A DNA stretch of 64,000 nt from a virus (lineage: Duplodnaviria; Caudoviricetes), in the IMG/VR virus record IMGVR_UViG_3300028591_000189, positions 7,880 through 71,879 of that record. One strand, given 5' to 3'. The translations under genes were made by a program, and so were the position numbers. Each line of letters starts with the position of its first letter. The stretch's first letter is position 1. This document shows positions 1-8,282 of this stretch, in pieces. Under the pieces are notes generated by a model. It made no database searches and had not been told where the DNA came from. It was given only the letters and a program-made list of their open reading frames with translations.

Positions 1-392
1 TTACCGTTCAACACTCCCTTTAGTGTTGATAAAATGTGCAGTCGCCCCTCTTTCAGGACATATTCAAGGGGTGCAAAAAAACCAACGAGATAGGCGCATA
101 CATGATTCTATCCATGCCTGGGGCAGTAATGTATGAGTGGGTTCGATTCCCTGCGTTGGATTTACCATTTCTACTCCATTTGTTTTTCCCCTTTCGACCA
201 AAGAACGCCTGGGGAGTTCCGCTTGAACGAAGGCCAGCGGGAAAGCGGTTTTTAACCAGTACGCTAGGATAAGACCTAGAGCGGTGCCTGTGTGCCATCG
301 AAAAAGCCATGACAGGGCGCACACATTTCCTTTTGTTCCAACCATTATTGCAAAGCAAGCCGGACGCTTTAGTTCCGGCACTTTTTATATCT

Positions 393-857
393 ATGAGAGT
401 AAGAATTAAGTATCATGACAAAGATTTGCCTAGACTGAAACAGGCACATGAGGGAGAATGGTTCGATATGTTTGCCGCCGAAAACTGTCAGATTCGGTAT
501 GGCGAAACACATATGATAAACCTTGGAGTTTCAATCGAACTGCCGGACGGGTACGAAGCAATCATAGCCCCTCGCTCTTCAACACATAAGCATTTTGGGA
601 TTATGTGCGTGAACGGTATTGGGATTATCGACAATGCTTACAAAGGCGACAATGATGTTTGGCATTTCCCGGCAATCGGCTGTAAAGGCTTCTATGATGC
701 GCTTGGATTGTTACATGCCGAAACTGCAATCATCCACAAGGGGGATAGAATCTGTCAGATGCGGATTCAAAGATGCCAGCCGGAGATTGAATTTGACGAG
801 GTTGACTTCTTGGGGAACGCAGACAGGAACGGATTAGGGAGTACGGGCAAAAGATGA
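393..857 (+). CDS. dut: Trimeric dUTPase
   Basis: Motifs APRSS, GIIDNAYKGD, GDRICQ, DRNGLGSTG; start chosen at ATG 393 (MRVRIKY). Confidence 0.93.
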   Translation: MRVRIKYHDKDLPRLKQAHEGEWFDMFAAENCQIRYGETHMINLGVSIELPDGYEAIIAPRSSTHKHFGIMCVNGIGIIDNAYKGDNDVWHFPAIGCKGFYDALGLLHAETAIIHKGDRICQMRIQRCQPEIEFDEVDFLGNADRNGLGSTGKR

Positions 858-1045
858 ACGTTCCGTGTAAAGGTTGTGTGAAAAGACACGCAACGTGCCA
901 CGCAGAGTGCCATGAATACAAAGCATACAGGGCGGACGTGGAAGAAGTAAAGAAGGCCCGTGATGTAGACAGAACCTATTACAGTGCCGAAAGCGAGAGG
1001 AAAAGTGCTTGCAGAAGGCGCAGAGAATGTTTTAGACCTACATAA
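854..1045 (+). CDS. Small Cys/His-rich hypothetical protein
   Basis: ATGA overlap with dut stop; PCKGC...CHAEC motif common in Clostridia phages. Confidence 0.7.
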   Translation: MNVPCKGCVKRHATCHAECHEYKAYRADVEEVKKARDVDRTYYSAESERKSACRRRRECFRPT

Positions 1046-1137
1046 TGGTGGATATTTGCCAACATTTGCATCTTGTGTATTGACAACCCTTTTAAATAGG
1101 AAGTTTCTCCGCTAAAATTGTAGCGTAGGACAACGAA

Positions 1138-1335
1138 ATGAAAGACGTAATTTGCCCTGTGTGCAAGGCGCACGGTCATGTCAAGTTGCTATTGAGAGTA
1201 TCCGATGATACGACAGGCATCTTGTATCCGAAATGCCGTGGTTGCCGCAACGTAGTGAAGATAGTAATAAGAGCCAAAAGTGAGCCGAAAACCGATGGTT
1301 CACTTTTTGTATACCGAAAGAATCTACGAAAGTAG
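1138..1335 (+). CDS. Com-like zinc-finger regulator
   Basis: 65 aa with CPVC...YPKCRGC, directly upstream of portal. Confidence 0.6.
   Translation: MKDVICPVCKAHGHVKLLLRVSDDTTGILYPKCRGCRNVVKIVIRAKSEPKTDGSLFVYRKNLRK
1270..1307 (+). promoter_or_regulatory. AGAGCC-N-TGAGCCG motif plus hairpin, copy 1 (others at 3580, 18158, 38475)
   Basis: AGAGCCaaaagTGAGCCG followed by complementary ggttcactttt. Confidence 0.55.
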
Positions 1336-1349
1336 ACGATGGAGCCGAT

Positions 1350-2930
1350 ATGTCTATTGCTAATGCAGACCTTGGTAGACTGATTCTCTATACAGACTAC
1401 GAAGAAATCAACGAACAGAATATTGAGGGAGTTATTTCACTTGCGTGGACACAGCATCAGGAAAATGTGCGGCGTATAAATTGGCTTATTAACTACGAAA
1501 AGGGCAACCAGCCTATCAATGAGCGTATTAAGACTATTCGTGCAGACCATAACACGAAGGTCTGTGTGAACAAAGCGTCACAGATCGTAGACTTCCACAC
1601 CGGGTATCTGTTATCCAACCCTATTACCTATGTGCAGAGAGCAAGGGTAGAGGACGGCAAAACAGAAGCAGACGGCAAGGCAGACGATACCAAAGTTGCA
1701 CTCTTTAACAAGATGTGCATTGAACAGGGCATGGCGGCTAAGAACATCGAACTTGCTATCAACCTGTTCACATGCGGCGTTGCTTACAAGATGGCTCTTC
1801 CTATGAGGGCTAAAAAGAAGCGTGGCAGGCAGAAACCTTTCTCTTCTTTTGAGATTGCGATTCCGGCCCCGGCAACGACCTTTGTTGTGTACTCCAACGA
1901 TGCTTACAGAGAGCGTATGTTGGGCTGCACATACAGCATCTTATCCGATGGGACTATCAGACTGACAGCGTATACAGAAAATCTCTGCTACACACTGAAA
2001 GCTGACAAGGTATCAAGCCTTCCTTCTATGCCGACACACTTTACGATGGTCGGAACAGTTTCCCCTAACGCCCTTGGCTATATTCCAATCGTGGAGTACA
2101 CGCTAAAGGATAGGGCGGCGGTCTTTGAGAAGGTTATTCCTATCATGGATGCGTTGAACATCCTGGATTCTGACCGTGTAAATGATGTTACTCAGCATGT
2201 CCAGTCGCTTCTTTGGATGCACAACTGCATCGTGGATAAAGACCAGAAGCAGAAAATCAAAGATGGTGACGGACTTATCGTTACGAAAAGCGCCGGGGAC
2301 GGACACGAAGCAAAGATTACCTATCTGACACAGACATTGAATCAGTCTGAACAGCAGACCTTTGTTGACCATCTGATAGCGGAGTTACAGGAAATCACTT
2401 CCACGCCTAACTGGAATGAGAGCAGGGGCGGCTCAACAACGGGTGCTATGCAGCTTTCCAACGGCTGGCAATGCGCGGAACTGTATGCCGGACAGGTAGA
2501 ACAGCGTTGGGATGCTTCTGAACAGGAATTTATCAAGGTCTGTATTGAGTGCATCAAGGCAGACAACAGAGAGGAAGTCAAGGCAGTAAAGGAACTCGAA
2601 CTTGCGGATTTGGAAGTAAGGTTCTGCCGGAAAAAGACTTACGATCTTGTGTCTAAGGTCAATGCACTTGTATCCCTTATCAACGTTGGCGTTGATGGTC
2701 TTACCGCATTTAATACTGTTTCCTTGTTTACAGACAGTCAGCAGGCATGGCTTGATTCTGCACCTACGATTAACCGCTTACAGGCGGCAATCGGAAAGAC
2801 GCAGACAACGAATGACTGGAACGCAAACAAGGACGAAAACGGCAACGGCGGTTCAGAGAATGACGAGAGGGATAAGACAGAGGAAAGCGTACAGCCCTCT
2901 AAGGTTACGGGAGTTGATGTTTCCTCATGA
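1350..2930 (+). CDS. Portal protein (SPP1 gp6-like)
   Basis: 526 aa; NKASQIVDFHTGYLLSNPITY, FEKVIPIMDALN, acidic C-terminal tail; first gene of head module. Confidence 0.92.
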   Translation: MSIANADLGRLILYTDYEEINEQNIEGVISLAWTQHQENVRRINWLINYEKGNQPINERIKTIRADHNTKVCVNKASQIVDFHTGYLLSNPITYVQRARVEDGKTEADGKADDTKVALFNKMCIEQGMAAKNIELAINLFTCGVAYKMALPMRAKKKRGRQKPFSSFEIAIPAPATTFVVYSNDAYRERMLGCTYSILSDGTIRLTAYTENLCYTLKADKVSSLPSMPTHFTMVGTVSPNALGYIPIVEYTLKDRAAVFEKVIPIMDALNILDSDRVNDVTQHVQSLLWMHNCIVDKDQKQKIKDGDGLIVTKSAGDGHEAKITYLTQTLNQSEQQTFVDHLIAELQEITSTPNWNESRGGSTTGAMQLSNGWQCAELYAGQVEQRWDASEQEFIKVCIECIKADNREEVKAVKELELADLEVRFCRKKTYDLVSKVNALVSLINVGVDGLTAFNTVSLFTDSQQAWLDSAPTINRLQAAIGKTQTTNDWNANKDENGNGGSENDERDKTEESVQPSKVTGVDVSS

Positions 2931-3580
2931 TTAACACCGTTAAATGGTTTGATGAAATGGCAATCTTGCAGGCCGATAAAGACAGGCGTGTAGATACCGC
3001 TGACAGGTTCGGAGAAGCGTTGCTGTCTTTCTTCCAACAGCAACTTATAGACCTTCGGCGGGGCTATTTCCTCAACGAAAAATCACACGATGATTACATA
3101 GACGACCTGTATGCTATGTATCTTGCCTTTATTCCGGCAATTTACAGATATGAACGCATGGCAACCGACAAAGCTATGAGGTTTGCGGAAGGCGTACAGG
3201 AAACCACGGAAAAGGCCATCTTAGAGAACAAAGATGAAAACTTCCGTGACATGGTAATTATCGGCGGTCGTGTCAAGGATATACCCGAAGATGTGCTTGA
3301 TAAACTCGGTGAAACGAGAGCGCACAATGACGGAGTGTATGAAGCAACGTGGATATGGAATTTCTATAACCACATGGAGTTAGCCAAATCGCAGATTACA
3401 CACACTTGGCAGACTATGGAAGATGAAAGAGTAAGACTGACACATGCCGAAGCAGACTTGCAGACAGTACCTATTAACGTACCGTTTACAGTCGGCGGGT
3501 ATCAGATGATGTTTCCGGGTGATGATTCCTTGGGAGCGCCACTGAAAGAAATCATAGGATGCAGATGTGTCGAATTATAA
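2927..3580 (+). CDS. Head morphogenesis / minor capsid protein (Mu F / SPP1 gp7-like)
   Basis: TWQTMEDERVRLTH...PFTVGG..MMFPGD...EIIGCRC C-terminal signature. Confidence 0.88.
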   Translation: MINTVKWFDEMAILQADKDRRVDTADRFGEALLSFFQQQLIDLRRGYFLNEKSHDDYIDDLYAMYLAFIPAIYRYERMATDKAMRFAEGVQETTEKAILENKDENFRDMVIIGGRVKDIPEDVLDKLGETRAHNDGVYEATWIWNFYNHMELAKSQITHTWQTMEDERVRLTHAEADLQTVPINVPFTVGGYQMMFPGDDSLGAPLKEIIGCRCVEL

Positions 3581-3740
3581 GAGCCTTTGAGCCGGATGGA
3601 AAGGGACATTCGTGTTGCCTTTCTATTCGGCTTTTTGTGTATTCGGGGCCACGTCCGACTTAGGCAATCGTGCAGAGAAGCACTAAATAAACGCAAATTC
3701 AGATGGTCAGAGAAGACCTTAATCGCAAGGAGAACAATCT

Positions 3741-4331
3741 ATGGCAGATGAAGCAAAAGTAACCACCACCGAAGAACTCACAGTAGACCAGCTTAAAGAG
3801 CAGCTTGCACAGGCAAAAGCGGAGAACGCAAAACTCGGCGCAGAAGCGGCGAAGCAGAAGAACCGCATTGATGAACTTTGCTCCAACGAAGGAAAGCTGA
3901 AAAAGGCTCTCCGGGAACGGCAGACAGCAGAGGAACAGGAAGCTGCCGCAAAACAGGAGAAAGAGGAAGCTGAAAAGCTGAGAGTTTCCAACCTGGAAAG
4001 GGAACTCGGAATCATGAAGGCAACCAACCGCTACATGAAACTCGGTTTTGGCGACCAGTCAGAGCAGATGGCAACGCTGGAATACGACCGTGATATGGAT
4101 GCGTGGGCAGATGCCGCAGACAAGCACCTTGTAGCTTATAAGGCACAGCTTGAAGAAGCTATCCGTGCGGAGTATGCCGCAAAGATGCCGACACCTTCCA
4201 GCGGCAATTCTTCTACCGTGGATTACTCAAAACTCATTGCAGATGCGCAGGCATCCGGCGACACACTTACAGTCGCAAAGTACATCCGTGAACAGGCGGA
4301 AGCCAACGGATTCAAAATCCATGAACACTAA
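3741..4331 (+). CDS. Capsid scaffold protein
   Basis: Coiled-coil, E/K/A-rich, immediately upstream of major capsid gene. Confidence 0.8.
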   Translation: MADEAKVTTTEELTVDQLKEQLAQAKAENAKLGAEAAKQKNRIDELCSNEGKLKKALRERQTAEEQEAAAKQEKEEAEKLRVSNLERELGIMKATNRYMKLGFGDQSEQMATLEYDRDMDAWADAADKHLVAYKAQLEEAIRAEYAAKMPTPSSGNSSTVDYSKLIADAQASGDTLTVAKYIREQAEANGFKIHEH

Positions 4332-4356
4332 GTTTTCACACTAAAGGAGAACCACT

Positions 4357-5319
4357 ATGGCAACAGCTACTTCTTTTGCAGTACCTAACTATTCCGGGAT
4401 GCTCTTTGTTAAGGGCAATGACCGTACACCTTTCAGCACTCTTATCGGTGCAAATCCCCTGGTAACTAACCACGTAGAGTTTTCTTGTGGTCAGTTCTGG
4501 CAGGCAAAGACAGGCACACAGCCCGCAATCTCTGAGACTGCTTCCCTGACTGCTCCTGTGGCTACTGTCACGACCCGTGAACAGAAGACCAACGTTACTC
4601 AGATTTTCCAGTATTCCGTAGACGTTTCCTACGGCAAGATGAGCAACATGGGTACTCTGTCCGGCATCAACGTTGCTAACCAGGCCGCTAACCCGCAGGC
4701 TGAACTTGACTTCCAGGTAGCCGCTACTATGGCACAGGCCGCCGCTGACATTGAGTACACCTTCCTTAACGGCGTGTACAACAAGGCCGCTACCGATGCA
4801 CAGGTCAACAAAACTAAGGGCCTGCTTGCCGCAATCGAAACCAACGAAGTTTCCGGCACCACAGGCACAGGCAACGACCAGGTCGTTTCTAGTCTGACAT
4901 GGGATCTGGTGACAGAAGCACTTGCTAAGATTCACAAGCAGGGCGGAGTTATCTCCAACTATGTACTTGGTGTTGATTCCACCGCTATGATCCAGCTTAA
5001 CAAAAACGCAATCGACAACAAAATGACCATCGTCCCGGCATCCCGTGAAATCAACGGCCTTGCGCTGAACACAATCGTAACCCCTCTTGGAACCGTTGCA
5101 CTGGTACTGATGGATACACTTCCGGCTGGCACAGCAGTTATCTTCAACCCTGCTATGATGCACCCCGTTTATCAGCCTGTACCGGGCAAGGGCAACTTCT
5201 TCCTGGAGCCTCTTGCAAAGGTCGGCGCTTCTGAGAAGTATCAGATTTTCGGTCAGCTTGGTCTGGACTTCGGTATGGAATACCTGTCCGCAAAGATCAC
5301 TGGCATCCTTACCGCCTAA
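4357..5319 (+). CDS. Major capsid protein (HK97 fold, DUF5309/SU10-like)
   Basis: 320 aa, strong SD aaggag, biased codon use, TNVTQIF..SVDVS motif, position after scaffold. Confidence 0.85.
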   Translation: MATATSFAVPNYSGMLFVKGNDRTPFSTLIGANPLVTNHVEFSCGQFWQAKTGTQPAISETASLTAPVATVTTREQKTNVTQIFQYSVDVSYGKMSNMGTLSGINVANQAANPQAELDFQVAATMAQAAADIEYTFLNGVYNKAATDAQVNKTKGLLAAIETNEVSGTTGTGNDQVVSSLTWDLVTEALAKIHKQGGVISNYVLGVDSTAMIQLNKNAIDNKMTIVPASREINGLALNTIVTPLGTVALVLMDTLPAGTAVIFNPAMMHPVYQPVPGKGNFFLEPLAKVGASEKYQIFGQLGLDFGMEYLSAKITGILTA

Positions 5320-5336
5320 CTTAAAGGAGAAACGGC

Positions 5337-5675
5337 ATGACCTATGACTACGATAAGGCCGCTGAAATAATCGGTGATGATTCCCTAACCGAAAACGAGG
5401 TCATGTCCCTTGTGAACAGAGCCGAACGAAGGACGCTTAACTACTACTTTTGGTCAGAAGATGAGCGCCCTTCTGACGAGCAGAAAGAAGCATTTCTGAC
5501 AACGCACGAATACGACATTTATGAGATTGCTTCTACTCTCGGTAATTCCATAGCAAGGGGCGGCTTGGTTTCACATACAGAGTTAGGGATTACTGATAAC
5601 TGGGGGAAATCGGGGAGCCAGTCAGTAGATGAAATTCTCGGTTTCCTCATTGGACGGAAAACGTATGTGGTGTAA
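5337..5675 (+). CDS. Head-tail connector (adaptor)
   Basis: Size and position after capsid; SHTELGITDNW motif. Confidence 0.65.
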   Translation: MTYDYDKAAEIIGDDSLTENEVMSLVNRAERRTLNYYFWSEDERPSDEQKEAFLTTHEYDIYEIASTLGNSIARGGLVSHTELGITDNWGKSGSQSVDEILGFLIGRKTYVV

Positions 5676-5678
5676 CGC

Positions 5679-6095
5679 ATGGCAAAGACTAAATATCTGA
5701 ATTTAAAGAACCTTCCGTTTCTTGAACAGGATTTTTGGTATGCCAGGATGAAGGGTCACGAACCCGAAGTTGACAGTGAGGGAAATCTTACTGGCGACGA
5801 TGTACTCACATATGAAAATCCAGTCCACGCTAAAGCAAGAATCGGTTTCACGCAGTATTACGATGCGGACACGGCGTTCACAAAAGGAGTTGTCCATAAC
5901 AGGGCAATTTCCTCGGTGACAAAGTTTCCCATTGATGAATACACAGTCCTTTGGATTGACGTGGAACCCGTTATCAAACAGGACGGAAGTACAGACACGG
6001 AGCCGGATTATTACTGCGTGGCGTATAGACAGGACATTCACAGAAATGTTTGGGCTATAAGAAAGCGTGAAGGATATGAAGGCAATCAAAGTTAA
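5679..6095 (+). CDS. Head closure / neck protein
   Basis: IDEYTVLWID.EP...PDYY motif typical of Clostridia phage neck genes; synteny. Confidence 0.6.
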   Translation: MAKTKYLNLKNLPFLEQDFWYARMKGHEPEVDSEGNLTGDDVLTYENPVHAKARIGFTQYYDADTAFTKGVVHNRAISSVTKFPIDEYTVLWIDVEPVIKQDGSTDTEPDYYCVAYRQDIHRNVWAIRKREGYEGNQS

Positions 6096-6588
6096 TGTCC
6101 TAGACCCTACATCTATTGATGCGGCAGTCAAGGCATTAGAGGACTATAAGAAAAAACTCGAACAACTGCCGGACAAGGTTGCACAGAGAGCGCAAAAAGA
6201 AGGTTTAGAGAGGATGATAAGCGGACTACCGCCTATATCGGATCAGAACGAGCCAGCGCTTTATGGCACAGGGCAGTACGGCAACGTCTACACGATTGAA
6301 GCGGGTGGATGCTTACCATATGTAGAGTTTGGCACGGGCGTTGTCGGACAGGGCGGCGGTTATCCCGAACCCGTATATCTGACCAATGTGGGATGGCAAT
6401 ACGCAAGCGGCCCTCACGTATTTACTACTAAAAAAGGCCGTAAAGGTTGGTTTTGGTTCAGCAATGCGAGAGGACACTTCCTGTTCACGGAAGGTATTGC
6501 CCCAGGTGGGTTTATGGCAAGCACTGTGCGTTATCTGAAAGACAGAATCCCGGAAATAGCAAAAGAGGAATTGAACAGCAATGGTTAA
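6076..6588 (+). CDS. Tail completion protein (HK97 gp10-like)
   Basis: YVEFGTG signature, GW.Y, FM..T C-terminus. Confidence 0.8.
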   Translation: MKAIKVNVLDPTSIDAAVKALEDYKKKLEQLPDKVAQRAQKEGLERMISGLPPISDQNEPALYGTGQYGNVYTIEAGGCLPYVEFGTGVVGQGGGYPEPVYLTNVGWQYASGPHVFTTKKGRKGWFWFSNARGHFLFTEGIAPGGFMASTVRYLKDRIPEIAKEELNSNG

Positions 6589-6962
6589 AGACAGAGTTAA
6601 CCAATACTATACTGAATTGCTTACCTACATGCAGACAGCAACGGACGAATATCCGGCCTATGACATGAGGGGCGGTATGAAGTACACAAATACCCCGGCG
6701 CATTTCCCGTGGATGTATCTGCATCAGATAGACGGTAGCGGCACGGCCTATACACTATCCAACGGCGAAGATGCAATCAACCTTGGCTTCCAGTTGGATA
6801 TATACGAAAAGGTCAGCTTGGGTGCCTGCCGCAACATGGCTAACAAGGCCCGTATGGTTCGTAGACAACGGCTTCCGTGTAACCTACTTCAACCCTATTG
6901 ATAACGTCAACGACAGAAGTATCAATCGTTTCTCCATGAGAGTTACGAAGTTTGAAACATAA
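6581..6962 (+). CDS. Tail terminator protein, split by an apparent frameshift near 6854
   Basis: Frame 1 (6581-6901) reads P.FPWMYL...FQLDIY; the natural-looking C-terminus WFVDNGFRVTYFNPIDNVNDRSINRF continues in another frame to 6962. Confidence 0.65.
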
Positions 6963-6974
6963 GGAGCATGTATC

Positions 6975-7412
6975 ATGGCAAAACTTACTAATGTAACCTA
7001 CCTGAAGCGCAAGGCTAACGGCGGTTCTGCTTTTGAGAAGGTATGCGACATTTCCTCTTATCCCACACTGTTTGGTGCGCCGGAAACCATTGAGGTTACA
7101 ACGCTTTCCAACAAGAGGAAGAAGAGTTTTATCAACGGCCTGTTTGACGGCGACACTATGGAGTTTGGCTGGTTCTACGATAAGACAACCTTTGACACTC
7201 TGCTTACCTACGAAACAGCAGACCGGGCAGCTACTTCCGCAACTCTGTCCACTTATCAGCTTTGGTTCGGTGAGAACGGCGAAGATGGTATTTTTGAGTG
7301 GCAGGGCCGCATGACAGTCGGTATCCCCGGCGGTGAGCCTAACAACGCTAGACAGGCTAATCTGTATATCAGCGACGAAGGCGCAGAGGAACTTCACGTA
7401 GCTACTGCTTAA
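6975..7412 (+). CDS. Major tail (tube) protein
   Basis: P.LFGAPETIEVTTL...GLFD...MEF motif; followed by a terminator. Confidence 0.88.
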   Translation: MAKLTNVTYLKRKANGGSAFEKVCDISSYPTLFGAPETIEVTTLSNKRKKSFINGLFDGDTMEFGWFYDKTTFDTLLTYETADRAATSATLSTYQLWFGENGEDGIFEWQGRMTVGIPGGEPNNARQANLYISDEGAEELHVATA

Positions 7413-7420
7413 CGAAGTTA

Positions 7421-7457
7421 ATACGGGGATGGAGCATATCTGTCCCCGTATTTTTTA
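7421..7457 (+). terminator. Rho-independent terminator
   Basis: atacggggat...gtccccgtat stem followed by T-run. Confidence 0.8.
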
Positions 7458-7498
7458 AAAAACAAGGACAATTTTTTAGCAGAAAGGACAGCTAACGA

Positions 7499-7831
7499 AT
7501 GAACACAACAAAGAAACTTAGACTGAAATCCAGCACTGGCGACAAGGTTTACGAAATCGACCAGTTAGAGTTTATCAACATCATGTCTGACGTTGAGGAA
7601 GAGGGCGTAAACGTTATCGGACTTATCACAGGCGAAGCCCCTACGATCAAGGCAATCCGGGTTCTGCTGGCTTGCATGATTGGAACCGACCCTAAGACCG
7701 CAGGCCGTATGCTTGCCGAACACATGCTTCTCGGTGGCGAAATGACAGACGTTACCGATGCTTTCAATGTAGCGGGTGAAGAAGCGGGTTTTGGGGAAAC
7801 CGCAGAGGTAGCGAAGACCGAAGCGGAGTAA
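7499..7831 (+). CDS. Tail assembly chaperone G
   Basis: Between tail tube and TMP; contains in-frame slippery heptamer G GGT TTT at 7786-7792. Confidence 0.85.
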   Translation: MNTTKKLRLKSSTGDKVYEIDQLEFINIMSDVEEEGVNVIGLITGEAPTIKAIRVLLACMIGTDPKTAGRMLAEHMLLGGEMTDVTDAFNVAGEEAGFGETAEVAKTEAE

Positions 7832-8217
7832 TACCGAAAACAAAGGACGAAAAGAAATACTCGTCCTATACAGAAATGATTATGGACTATTGGTTGCCGA
7901 AGGCAATCATGTACGGAATACCCGAAGAACGGTTTTGGCACATGAACCCTCGGAAGCTGGAGCCATATGATAAAGCGTATGAACTTAGGCAGACCGACTG
8001 GAAACGGAAAGTAGAAATCGAAGCATGGGCGCATGGCATGTACGTCCATCGTGCGATAGGTTGCGTATTCAGTAAGCCTGCACAACCGTTTCCGCAAAAG
8101 CCGGAATCTCTGTTTGAAGAAACAAGGGAAACGGAACTTACGGACGGACAGAAGTTTTACGCATACATGCTGAAACACAATGCCGCAAGAAGAAAAAGGG
8201 CAAAATCAGGGGGATAG
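7786..8217 (+). CDS. Tail assembly chaperone T segment (reached by -1 frameshift, giving G-T fusion)
   Basis: The -1 frame from 7786 is stop-free and in frame with ORF 7876-8217. Confidence 0.82.
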   Translation, partial: GFWGNRRGSEDRSGVIPKTKDEKKYSSYTEMIMDYWLPKAIMYGIPEERFWHMNPRKLEPYDKAYELRQTDWKRKVEIEAWAHGMYVHRAIGCVFSKPAQPFPQKPESLFEETRETELTDGQKFYAYMLKHNAARRKRAKSGG

Positions 8218-8282
8218 GTCGCCGGAGCCGATAAGCGTTAAGTCCTTGGCGCTTCCCCCTGTTTGCATATATGAGGTAAGAA

